This document shows positions 39,101-51,115 of a DNA stretch of 64,000 nt, one piece after another. Every line of letters starts with the position of its first letter. Within the stretch, counting starts at the first letter, position 1. Origin of the DNA: Takakia lepidozioides (lineage: Eukaryota > Plantae > Bryophyta); assembly GCA_030704615.1 (NCBI GenBank), contig CM060731.1, positions 49,352,001-49,416,000 of the forward strand, given 5' to 3'. The notes under the pieces are model-generated. The model searched no databases. It saw only the letters and a list, made by a program, of their open reading frames with translations, and had not been told where the DNA came from. A program made the translations under genes and the position numbers.

Positions 39101-39310
39101 ATGGCTAGGGCTAGGTAGGGGATACGAAAAAAACGGAAGTTCGGACCTCTTTGCAATGTCGTAGATCTTCAGTCGTGCGAAGAATGCCTTGTTCTCCGCT
39201 TGACGCTTTGCTCGTTCTACCTCCCTCGCTGTAGGCTTGCGCCCTGGTTGTAACTTCTGGACACTCTATTTGGGTCTCCATTTCCTGACGAGTCTCACTC
39301 ACTCGCCAAG

Positions 39311-42300
39311 ATGATCCCTCCTACTGCCCATCGATTGCAAAGGCGGACACAAGCAAAACATAACGATGACAGATTGTGGAAACTAGAGGAAGCGCGAGCA
39401 AGAAGACTGGGTCTTCGGAAAATTCTATGTCCATGCAATGCCTGTCATGGTGGGAACTGGCAAACCATTGGCCGGGCTAAGTGTCATCTGCTTTTGAACT
39501 TGCGAGATCCTAACTTACGAGAACTCCCGGTGCATATCTCTGGATTCTCTTCCCTTTGCAGATGCATACTTTGAAATTATAAGAAACAGTTCAAATTCCT
39601 GGAAGCGGTATTGTTGTAAGGTGTAGAGTATTGTACATGCCCGTTTTCCTATTGCCACGTGCCTGTATAATGGCACGTTCCACATCCACTATTGCAAATG
39701 AAAAAACTCCCCATCTTAGAGTGGATTGACATGTGGCGTCTGATATGTACTAACCAGGAAAACTCTGGAGACGAACATGAGGGGTTTAGAACGGAAACCA
39801 GCCCTGCAGGTGGTCCTGATACCTTGGATCGTAATCTTGACATGCTTAGAATGCTCCGGGAGACATTCGCAACTATAGATAATGGGGTGCAAACTGGTGA
39901 TGCACATGAGGAACCGGGAGATGGAACACAGGGCCAATGGGACACAGATGGAGTGCCAGAGCAGACTGATGGTGGACTGAAGAGCGATGGTGATCGTGGT
40001 GCAGCGAGTGCCTTACGTTTTGAGCACGAGGCATCCAGGGCTTTATATGTAGGGAGTTCTTCCTCTCGATTGTCTGCTACCTTACTGCTGTTAAATGCTT
40101 GTCAAACCCATGGTGTGTCAAACACCTTTGTCGATGAACTCCTTACATTGTTAGGAAGACAACTCTTGCCAGCAGACAATTGCCTGCCAAAGTCCCACTA
40201 TGAGGCAAAACAACTCATCATGGAACTCGGGCTTCATTACGAGAGTATACATGCATGTCCGAAAGGCTGTGTGTTGTTCATAAGGGAGCTTCAAAATTTG
40301 GAGGTTTGTCCAAAATGTCAGGCACGTCGTTATGTGGTGGGTACGAAGACACCAGTACCTCGTAAGGTCCTTCGACATTTCCCCATCATTCCAAGGCTGC
40401 TTCAATGTATAAAGCCAAATCCATCTCAGAGTTAATGTCATGGCACTTTAAGAATCGAAGTCTGGATGGCTTGGTTAGGCACCCAGCAGACAGCAAGGCT
40501 TGGGCCCACATTGACCAAAAATGGCCTGAGTTTGCAGCGGACCCCAGAAATCTGCAATTGGGTCTCGCATGGGATGGTGTCAATCCTTACAGTGATAAAT
40601 CAAACAAATGGTCAACTTGGCCTGTCATGTTGGTAAACTATAATCTTCCACCCTGGCTGTGTACTAAGCCATTTTCACGATGTTGGCTTTATTGATTCCT
40701 GGACCACAATCTGTGGGAAATGACAATGCAGATGTTTATCTGCAGCCCCTTGTGGATGAGCTGAAATTGTTGTGGGAAGTTGGTGTGGAGGCATTGGATG
40801 GAAGTAGCCTAGTGGGGCAACAGTCATTTCGCATGAGGGCCATCTTGATGTGGTCAATCCATGACTTTCCAGCTTATGGGTTGCTAGCAAGATGCGCACA
40901 CGGGGGATACAAGGCCTGCCCAGCTTGCGGCCCTAATGTTGATTCCAGGTACTCCAAGGCATGCAAAAAAGTTTTGTATCTTGGTCATAGGAGATACTTT
41001 CCTGCTGTTCATCCCTATAGGAATAACTCGTCCCACTTTAATGGACATGTGGAACATAGAGCAGCTCCTATGGTGGTCACTGCAAGTGAGCAATTTGACC
41101 GGGCTAAAACCAGAGAGTTGAATCTCGCAATAGGAGGGGCTGAGGGGGGAAAACAGGACCCTTCAAAGGAACATGGCATGAAACGGGTCACTGTTTTGAA
41201 CCAATTGCCATACTGGAAAGACTTACTCATCCGATACACACTGGATGTGATGCATTGTGAAAATTTTTTGTGTGAGAATGTGCTGAGAACCATTCTTGGG
41301 GAGAAGGACACAGCCACATCTAGGAAGGATATGGAACTCAATGTCATTCGTGAACACTTGTGGTTGAGACCCCATCCCTCTCACCCAAACAAGTTGGTGA
41401 AGCCTTTGGCCCCATATGTTCTTACTGAAGATGAGAAGGTGTTGTTTTTGGAAACATTGGCTGCAGTAAAGGCCCCCACAGGTTATGTGGCCACATTCCA
41501 GAAACATGTGGCTGACAATAAACTGTCTACAATGAAAACCCATGACCACCATGTAATGATGCAGCAGATTTTACCTCTTTGCATTCGAGGGGTATTGGGA
41601 AAGGGTCCACGGATGGCAATTATGAGGCTTTCTCGAGTCTTCCGAAAAGTGTGTGCAAAGATTATTAATCCAACTGAGCTACCGGCCTTAAAAGAAGATG
41701 TTGCAATCACTATGTGTCTGCTGGAGAAAGAATTCCCTCCGTCATTTTTTGATATCATGACTCACTGCTTGTACACCTTGTGGACGAATTGGATGTGTGT
41801 GGTCCCGTGTCTAGCCGTTGGATGTATCCTATGGAACGGTATATGAAGACATTAAAAGGCTATGTAAGGAATATGAGCCGACCTGAAGGGAGCATGGCGG
41901 AAGGGTATGCTTTGGATGAGGCCCTAGGGTTTCTAACTGAGTATATGGCTGATTTTCATGCTACAAGCCGAAGGGTGTGGGACTCCAATGAAGAAGACTC
42001 AGTTAGTGGGGAGGTGGTTCAAGGATTGGGAAGTGTACGAGTCCTCACCATTCAAGAACGAGACAGTGCACACGAGTATATTTTGCACAACACAGATTGC
42101 ATGAAACCATTCCTTGAGTAAGTATGTTGCTTATCATATCCTGTGTGTTTCATTTCTGCCAATGGTATAAGCTGTAATCCTAATTTGCAATTCTCATTTG
42201 GACAGGGCCTATGAAGAGGAGATGGCACTCATAGAAGCATCCCGCACTGAGTTCAGAACAACATTCCTTTGTGGACAAGACCAAGACCACCACAATGGAG

Positions 42301-43118
42301 AAATTCCATACCCAACAGATATGCGCTTACTGGCTCCATTCCATGAATGGATTGAAGGTGTTGTCCAACGCAAGGTGAGTTCAGGTGAGTCCTATGATTT
42401 GGACATATGCCATTTATGTATACCACCAGCAGTACAGTCCTTGGGCTTCAAGTCCATGTATGCTTACGGCAATCACTTTCGAGCAATATGTGATGGGACT
42501 GGCGCCACAGACAGGGTGACATTTGATTCTGGAGTTGCTCAAGTATTCCATCAGGAAAGCGAAAACAGAGCAGGTATGTCCAAACGAGTGTTATCCCAAT
42601 TGGAATATGTGGGTGTTGTAACAGAAATAATTCAACTGGATTACGGAATTCTTCACCCAATTCTGTTCTTGTGTAGATGGGTGAGGTCACACATGGTGGG
42701 CCGGAATGCCACCATGAAACGAGATGATTATGGCTTTCTCTTGGTTGACTTCAGTCGCATGTTACCTCGGATGGAGCAGCCCTGGACATTCCCTAGTCAG
42801 GTGGAGCAAGTTTTTTTCTCGGATGAAAAAAGTTCACGAGGGAACTGGAAGGTGGTCCTTCATAAGGACCCTCGATCCCGACGAGTGGTTCACGATATTA
42901 CAGAAGTGGCACTGGGTGAGGGAGACATTTATGTAGGCATGGTGCCTCCTGAAATTCCTCATAACATCATGACTGAGCTTGCTGTTTGTGTTCCTTTGAG
43001 TGAGGCAGATGAATTGGCCATTGCCAACTTGAATGCACTTGCAAGGCAGAGGCAAAATGGTAGAAGGCGGAGGCAAGCTCCACATGGGAGGTACCAGGCC
43101 ACTTATGCTATGGTCTAG
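39311..43118 (+). pseudogene. CACTA TnpD transposase (Tnp2/Transposase_21, DUF4218/DUF4216-like), frameshifted
   Basis: CPCNAC first exon; IHACPKGCVLF, LRHFPIIPRL, HPADSKAW, DGVNPY, STWPV, DVYLQPLVDEL, HDFPAYG, LDVMHCE, FPPSFFDIMTH, RWMYPMERYMKTLKGYVRN..RPEGSMAEGY. Confidence 0.95.
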
Positions 43119-43279
43119 AGTTGGTTTCTGCTATTGCATGTATTTTTCCAGGGTTTAGACTTGATACAACATGGTACCTTGCATGGGTGGGAGTGACTGA
43201 GCTGTTGGGGTGGGCAAAATTCTGACAAACACACTTTCATTTGTGACAGTGAATCCTAAATAGTCATGGAGTTGTGGCC

Positions 43280-44635
43280 TGCATACTTTTCTGACCCTAG
43301 TCAATGGTGGCCCAATTGTGGCAAAAAGGTGAATGCATGTTGGATTATAGAGAGTAGCAGATGCAATTGAGCATAGGAACTAGTGTGAGAAGTTGAGTTG
43401 GGTGTTTCCTAGAACAAATGTAGGCTGTTATTGTCAGTTGCTACCAGCAAGGCAAAGATGTATGCATGATTTGTGAGAGGCATGGATAGCTGAAGGAGCA
43501 GGGATAGAGTGTGGGTCCAGATTCATCCAAGAGGGCCACATTTCAAGCACAACATTGCCTATGATTCCTTGTGGAAGGATAGCTACAAGAAACCTGCATG
43601 GGTAGATGGTCAACTGGAAGCCGCAGCAGCAGCGGCACAATTGGTAAAATCAGGCGATGAGGGCACCTTCTTCAACACATTTCACCCTGTTTTCCCCCCT
43701 TATCAGAATCAGCCCTAAATTCCATGTTGAATTATGCAAGTTAGCTGGTTGAGTGAATCTTTGATAGATTGAAGTGACTTTGACATGATACTGCCAATGT
43801 GACAACAGGAAAGTATCCAAAAATAGGTACAAGAGATGAGGAGAAGGTGTGGAATGAATACTTTTCTGATCCAGTCAATGGTGGGACAACCGAGGCAAAA
43901 AGGTGAATGCCTGGCAGATTACCAGATGTCATTTTGAACACTGCCCTGGTGGAAATATATGCCAAATGTGGGTGCATCGAGGATGCCAAGGGAGTGTTCA
44001 ACACTATGGCTAAACGAGATGTGGTGTCGTGGAGTGCGATGCTTGCAGGGGCATGGGATGGAGGCTTTGGAGACCTATGAGCAAATGATGGGGGAAGGGT
44101 GAAGCCTGACCACATAACATTTGTGTGTGTTGGCAGTGAGTGTGGGAGCCTGGCAGCCCTGGAAAAGGGCAAAGAGATCCATCGTGACAATTTGCAATTG
44201 TACCAGATGTCATCTTGAACATGACTGCTCTGGTGGACACATGTATGCCAAATGTGGGAGCATTGAGGATGCGAAAGGAGTGTTCAACACTATGGCTGAA
44301 CAAGATTGTGCGTTTGCAATGCGTGTGCAAGTCTGGCAGCCCTGCAAAAGGGCAAAGTGGTGCATGGTTGCATCACCAAAGCTGGAATTGTAACAGATGC
44401 GATTCTGAACAATGCCCTCGTGGACATGTATGCCAAATATATGTTAGAGCATTGAGGATGCGGAGGGAGTGTTCAACACTATGGCTGAACAAGATGTGGT
44501 GTCGTGGAGCGCGATGCTTGCAGGATGTGCACAGCAGTGAAGTGGGATGGAGCCTTTGGAGACCTATCATGACCAAATGATGGGGGAAGGGATGAAGCCC
44601 GACCACAACACATTTGTGTGCGTTTGCAGTGCGTG
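43280..44635 (+). pseudogene. Captured OSB-type PDF-motif exon region followed by degenerate PLS-PPR fragments
   Basis: IHPRGPHFKHNIAYDSLWKDSYKKPAWVDGQL at ~43521-43616; YAKCGCIEDAKGVFNTMAKRDVVSWSAM at ~43958-44041; reverse-complement similarity to 32860-34800. Confidence 0.75.
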
Positions 44636-46500
44636 TGCAAGCCTGGCAGCTCTGGAAAAGGGAAGAGGTCCATGGTTTCATTGTCAAAGCCGGAATTGTA
44701 TTTGACGTGATTCTGAACAATGCCCTCGTGAACATGTATGCCAAATGTGGGAGCATCAAGGGCAAGCCTGCCAGCTCTGGAAAAGGGAAGATCGGGTCCA
44801 TGGTTTCATTGTCAAAGCTTGTATTGTACCTGATTGTGATTATGGACAATGCCCTCGCGGACATGTATGCCAAATGTGTTAGCATGAAGGGCAAGCCTGG
44901 CAGCTTTGGAAAAGGTTCCGATCACGTCCATGGTTTCATTGTCTAAGCTGGAATTGTACCTAATGTGATTTTGAACAATGCCCTCGTGGATATGTATGCC
45001 AAATGTGGGAGCATCAAGGGCAAGCCTGCCAGCTCTGGAAAAGGGAAGATCAGGTCCATGGTGTCATTGTCAAAGCTGGAATCGTACCTGATTGTGATTG
45101 TGGACAATGCCCTCGTGGACAAGTATGCCAAATGTGGGAGCATCAAGGGCAAGCCTGGCAGCTCTGGAAAAGGGAAGAGGTCCATGGTTTCATTGTCAAA
45201 GCTGGAATTATACCTGATGTGATTCGAGACAATGCCCTCGTGGACATGTATGCCAAATGTTTCAGCATGAAGGGCAAGCCTGGCAGCTCTGGAAAAGGGA
45301 AGATCGGGTCCATGGTTTCATTGTCAAAGCTGGAATTGTACCTGATGTGATTTTGGACAATGCCCTCGTGGACATGTATGCCAAATGTGTTAGCATGAAG
45401 GGCAAGCCTGGCAGCTCTGGAAAAGGGAAGATTAGGTCCATGCTTTAGGGATACCAAATGTGGGAGCATCAAGGGCAAGCCTGCCAGCTCTGGATAAGGG
45501 AAGATCAGGTCCGTGGTTTCATTGTCTAAGCTGGAATTGTATCTGATTGTGATTCTGGACAATGCCCTTGTGGACATGTATGCCAAATGTGGGAGCATGA
45601 AGGGCAAGCCTGCCAGCTTTGGGAAAGGGAAGATTAGGTCTATGGTTTCATTGTCAAAGCTTGCATTGTACCTGATTGTGATTCTGGACAATGCCCTCGT
45701 GGACATGTATGCCAAACGTGGGAGCATCAATAGCAAGCCTGCCAGCTCTGGAAAAGGTTCTGATCAGGTCCATGGTTTCATTGTCAAAGCTGGAATTGTA
45801 CCTGATTGTGATTCTGGACAATGCCCTTGTGGACAAGTATGCCAAATGTGGGAGCATCAAGGGCAAGCCTGGCAGCTCTGGAAAAAGGAAGAGGTCCATG
45901 GTTTCATTGTCAAAGCTGGAATTATACCTGATGTGATTCTGGACAATGCCCTCGTGGACATGTATGCCAAATGTGTCAGCATGAAGGGCAAGCCTGGCAG
46001 CTCTGGAAAAGGGAAGAGGTCCATGGTTTCATTGTCAAAGCTGGAATTGTACCTGATGTGATTATGAACAATGCCCTCGTGGACATGTACGCCAAATGTG
46101 GGAGCATCAAGGGCAAGCCTGCCAACTCTGGAAAATTGAAGATCAGGTCTATGGTTTCATTGTCAAAGCTTGCATTGTACCTGATTGTGATTCTGGACAA
46201 TGCCCTCGTGGACATGTATGCCAAACATGGGAGCATCAATGGCAAGCCTGCCACCTCTGGAAAAGGTTCCGATCAGGTCCATGGTTTCATTGTCAAAGCT
46301 GGAATTGTACCTGATTGTGATTCTGGACAATGCCCTCGTGGACATGTATGCCAAATGTGGGAGCATCAAGGGCAAGCCTGGCAGCTCTGGAAAAGGGAAG
46401 AGGTCCATGGTTTCATTGTCAAAGCTGGAATTGTACCTGATTGTGATTCTGGACAGTGCCCTCGTGGACATGTATGCCAAATGTGGGAGCATCAAGGATG
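44635..46500 (+). repeat. Tandem array of ~15 units of 125-130 bp derived from PPR coding sequence
   Basis: GACATGTATGCCAAATGTG-like anchor at ~44731, 44860, 44989, 45118, 45243, 45371, (45451), 45573, 45702, 45832, 45957, 46082, 46211, 46341, 46467. Confidence 0.95.
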
Positions 46501-47896
46501 CGAAGGCAGTTTTCCAACACTATGGCTCTTGGAGTGATTTTGACATGTACCAGTAGAGGGGAGAAAGTGGGGCCCTCAGCAGACGAGTTGAAAATCACTA
46601 GTTAAAAAACACTGGCGCTTGATAGGGTGGGGCAAAATTCAGGCTGGGGCGATCATTGATATCCCGGACGCAGTGTAAAAACGACGGTTGCGAGTGAAGT
46701 ACACCCGTAAAAAATAAACCCTGCTGTCTCAAAAAGGGAGCCAGTCACAAAGAGCAAGGCACTTTGTCCAAGCTTCTCGACATCAAGCAACAATGTGGAC
46801 AGGGAGGTAGTCATTGGGAACAATTTTTGTAAGGTGGTGAAGAAAGCCTTGTTTGAGGATCACTGGATATTTCTCTAGTACGGTTGGACTACTAGAGATT
46901 GAAATTCGTGCTCAGCTCAGCTTCAGACTGTCTCATTGTGAGGGGCCTAGGGTTGTTGTGAACATGCGCCTACGCCCTCTCTGCTGCGTGTCCCGAACTG
47001 CGTGTCAAGGTTGACTGGACAGAAATGGGATTGACATTTATGGCACTCACAAATCTCTGAGACGACATGTGGTAGTTTTATCTATAACTTCTCAAAGCAA
47101 GTACATTGTTGATTATAGTGTGACATTCTCATAACGATATTGTCGTCAGCTGCATGAGCAGTGCATCTTTTTGGATTGCTGGTTCCCGAAGGAATTATAT
47201 GTGACAGGATAGAGGGAAAGTTATAGCCAATAGTTGCAGGCAGTGTTCAATATTGAAGAGAATTCTACGCCCTTTCGGTTCTGCCGATCTCCTTCTCATT
47301 TTACTTGAGGTTGTCTATTTTGAGAGCTTTGATGTTTGGATGAAAATGCATTTTGGCATCAACTTAAATGGATGGCCTGCACTGGTGGGCATTCAGATTC
47401 TAAACGAGCTGGCAAAGAAAAACTACAAGTCCCACAGCCCTCTACATGCAGACCCCATAACCCTAATAACCTTTTTGAACTTTTAAATTCTCTAAACAAA
47501 AGTCTATGTGTTATGTCGTCCAAGGCATGTTGAATAGAGGTGGAAGTCATTTCATCCATCTATCTTCCACCTGCCCCAAATTCCTGTAGGACATCTCACA
47601 CTAACCTCACACTCCATGACTCATTTCACACTCATGTCAAATGCCCCATATGCATTATCTTGGTCAACACCCGTTGACCGTATGGGTATCATTCGAGTGT
47701 GAAGTTTGTAACACCATGTGGGTTTTCCTACAATGGTCCAGATCACACCTTGCCTCCTCTCACATGGGTGTAAGAGGAGCTGTTCAAAGTGCCAGGTGTG
47801 AACTATGGGTGGTGTTGGAAAAACTGGTTTCTGTAGTAGTGGCAAGTCCAAGATTTTACCGCTCCTCGAGGAACTCGGCGCTAGAGGAGGGGGTGA

Positions 47897-48678
47897 TGTC
47901 ACGGATATAGCCCAGAGGAACTTACCAGGAGTAAATACCAGAAGTTATCAAGTTATCATGTTACCAAAAGTTACCGTAATCTACCATGATCTATCATGAT
48001 TTATCATAAGTTACCATAAGTTACCAAGTTACCGGAAGTTTACCAAAATTACCGAGAGTAACTTGCGAAACTGCTCAGGAAGCTTCATTTGGAGGAAACT
48101 TTTCCATCAAGATACCTCCTTTGTTTAAAGAAACTTCTCCATCAAGAAACCTCATTTGGGGAAGCCTCTTAGGGAACCTCCTAGTAGCTAGTATATATAG
48201 GAGGCGAGACTAGACACTCTTCAGTCTCGCCAACACAAGTTCAAGCTACTCAGTCCCAGTCCCAGTACTCCAGTCCAGCTTCCAGTACCTTAGTCCAGTT
48301 TCCAGTATCTGGTACCCCAGTCCAGTTTCCAACATTCATGTATTCGAGTCGAGTTCCAGTATCTTATACTCTTGTCTATTGTTATAAAGATCATCTTTAT
48401 TCATGTTTACCCACCATACATTCGGCCACGCCGACCTTGACTTCTTGTCTAGTCTTGTACCTCTAGTCTGATCTATTGTCTATCTGGGCTACTGATCCCT
48501 TGGCTCTTGATTGAGAAGGCAGGACGTGCCAACCGTTGCAAAGATAGTAATCGCATCTAGGGCTTCCACCATTACCAACAGCCTTTTTAGAGCATTCTTC
48601 ACAATGACATTGTGAAGGTGAGATAGACCAAATCTTCGAATCTTGAGTTTGTGTTCAGTTATGTTCTCGTCCGTGACA
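47897..48678 (+). repeat. 3' LTR of chromovirus
   Basis: TGTCACGG...CCGTGACA; preceded by PPT; matches 19182-19963. Confidence 0.92.
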
Positions 48679-50189
48679 GTGGATAGGTTTGCCTAGCTAG
48701 AACAATGTCTTGTTACCATGGCCACTACTCATGTTGCGCCAGCTCTAAGGCCTGAGGTTTAAGCCCCACCTACACAACCTCCTATGCCTAGGGAAGACCA
48801 GATTGGTATGGGCTTCATGTGTGGAGCCGCACTTGCATGACCATTGCATGTGGACTCTGCAGCTACTGTCACTCGAACAACAATGCGTGCTCCTGAGCCA
48901 AGAGGAGCGGATGTGGATTTTGATCCACAAAGAGGGGAAGCAAGTCGGCAGACAAGACTTCCACAGTCTTTTACATTGGCTGAGACAGTGCCAACTATGT
49001 CATCGATGGCACCCGCTCGCCCAAGTGTGTCAGAGGTAGAGCCACGAATGCCATTGGGGAGAGTTGGTGTGGCTCGGGAAATGCCAGTGGGTGGTGCTGC
49101 AAAGCAAGGTGTAGTCAGTATATTGTTGGGGGCGGCTACGGCAATTTGCCAAGCTCTACTGTTTTCTGCCACGACAATTGTAATGTCGGGGATGCGGCTA
49201 GCTGCAGTGTTTAGACTGGCAGCTGCACTCTATGAGAGTGGTGATGCATCGATACTATCTGCGGGGATAGTGGATAAGGTACAGTGCATGGATGCCCTGG
49301 ATTCAAGAGTGAAGACAGCCACAGCTGCGCCATGGCAAACGGCATCTGCAAGGTTGCAGGAGTTGCCATCTAGACCAGCCATTGAACATAGTGTGGTGAC
49401 TCCTGGGGTAGTCCTGGTGGACAATCAGGATGGTGTGTTTCAGTTGGGTGGCCCAGCCGGGAGGAGGTATAGGTCACTGCAGGTCTTGTTGGACTCGGGA
49501 GCACAGCCATTGATGTTGGGGAGAGCAGCAATTGCAGGCGTGGGCCTTACAGAGGCGAATTTGGAGCCTTGCCCTGTCCAAATTCAAACATCTTTGGGCG
49601 GTTCAGAGAAGGCGCGAGGGATTACACGCCATGAGCTCTTCATTCGATTGCAGCCGGATCATCCTACGGACGGCTCGGTCATGAGAGCTAAAGCCATTGT
49701 TACGGACGCGATGTCCTATGATGTGGTTGTTGGTGGGGCTGTGTTGTACCCCATGTGATTTACTTTGGACTTTTGGGAGGAAACGACATCCTACAGGCCG
49801 GAATGGCAGTCAGGAGATGGCCGACGTACACTGCTCATAGTGCGGTTTATTGGGAATGTAGCGGTGGATCATGGGAACATGATGCCCACATTGGCTGCAT
49901 TCTCAGGGGTGGTGAGCTCTTGGAGGGCAATAGCCATGCAGATGATAGGCCATCACCTGATGATGACAAACAATTGGCATACAAGGCTGAATTGCTTCCT
50001 TATGTGCCTGTGCATATTCCACTATGGGGTACGGTTGGGAATTTGCATCGAGTAGCAGACGAGTGTGTGCACCAAGCATGGCAGGAGGCCTTTCCATTGG
50101 TGAGTGAGAGAAGTTCAGTGACATCACCTGGACCTCCTGAGTTAGCTCATTTGGACACAGTGCCCATTACCTGGCAACCATCTGACTCA

Positions 50190-51115
50190 GGGATTTGTTT
50201 GCTAGATCTGTTTGGAGGCATGAGCACTGGGCTTGCAGGAGTGTTGCAAGCAGGGATTAAGGTATGCAAGTACTTATATATGGAGAAGGATGAGATAGCT
50301 CGGCGTATTTCTATGCGCCACATCGCCTTGCTCACACACCGGTATCCTGAGTTGTTGTCTCTCTTGGCAATTCAAGGGTATCAAAAGGCCTTGCCAGCAG
50401 ACATTACCTTGCTGGGGGTGGATGATTTGGACCGGCATGGTGCCATTGACTTGGTGATAGCTGGATGGCCTTGCCAATGACACTCTCCCGCAGGTCATGG
50501 GAATGGCTTGCATGATGCACGATCGCATTTGTTTTGGGAAATGTTGCGAGTGTTGCGGGACTTGCAGACGAGGCAAGTGCAACCTCTAGGCTATATCTTG
50601 GAGATTGTTCCTCTGATGGAGGATTCTCGGGCCAGGGTAATGACCAGTGTGCATCAGGTGCGGTCTTGGATTGGATCGGCGGTGCTATTGGATGCAGCAA
50701 TGGTGGGATCACGTGTGCATCGACCTCGATTGTGGTGGACTAATCTTGCACCACCAGAGCTGCTCAAGAGAGCATATGATTCCATTCAACGGCCACCCAA
50801 TCTCACGGTTGAGGGATTTTGGACCAAGGGAGGCAACCATAGAGGGTGCGACATGATGACCGTCCACCTCTAGCAGTGGTCAATCGAGTGGGGCAGCCAC
50901 GTGTGGCCTTGCCTACACTCATGAGCTTCCCCTCGTCTCATGTTTTCCGAGACAATGGTCCTGGGTTGATTTGGGACATCGTGCTACAACAATTGGTGGA
51001 GCCCAATGCGGATGAGCGAGAGCGGGCAATGGGTTTTACCACGGGCACTACAGATATGCCAGCTCTGTCAGAGGTATCACGTCGCCAAATGTTGGGTCAA
51101 GCAATGGATCTAAAT
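50190..51115 (+). pseudogene. DNMT3-like C5 cytosine methyltransferase domain inside pol
   Basis: Motif I LDLFGG, II YME, III DI, IV AGWPCQ, RSHLF, VI YILEIV (ENV decayed), VII LDAA, VIII HRPRLWWTN, TRD PTL, IX ERERAMGF, X RRQMLGQAM. Confidence 0.9.

Larger units (their letters stand above)
25405..47841. mobile_element. Large CACTA (En/Spm) transposon, 22.4 kb, inserted just upstream of the chromovirus PPT
   Basis: TIRs CACTAATACAGAAACCGGTTTTT / reverse complement CACTACTACAGAAACCAGTTTTT; 3-bp TSD GCA (25402-25404, 47842-47844); TnpD transposase inside. Confidence 0.93.
19182..48678 (+). mobile_element. Chromovirus (Tcn1/Tf1-sushi-like Ty3/Gypsy) inserted into the DNMT-Gypsy
   Basis: LTRs 19182-19963 and 47897-48678 (TGTCA...TGACA); PPT AGAGGAGGGGGTGA at 47883-47896; flanks GTGAA/GTGGA (4 of 5 TSD match); chromodomain-containing pol. 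Confidence 0.9.

Noticed and set aside
44635-46500. CRISPR-like array, or an intact PPR gene
   Set aside because: No unique spacers and no cas genes; whole units are repeated. Unit lengths are mostly not multiples of 3 and P motifs are absent, so no continuous PPR ORF exists.
50190-51115. Host DRM/DNMT3 gene or bacterial contamination
   Set aside because: Motif order is unpermuted (not DRM), it is intronless, collinear with pol and decayed like it, and it is flanked by intron-containing plant genes.
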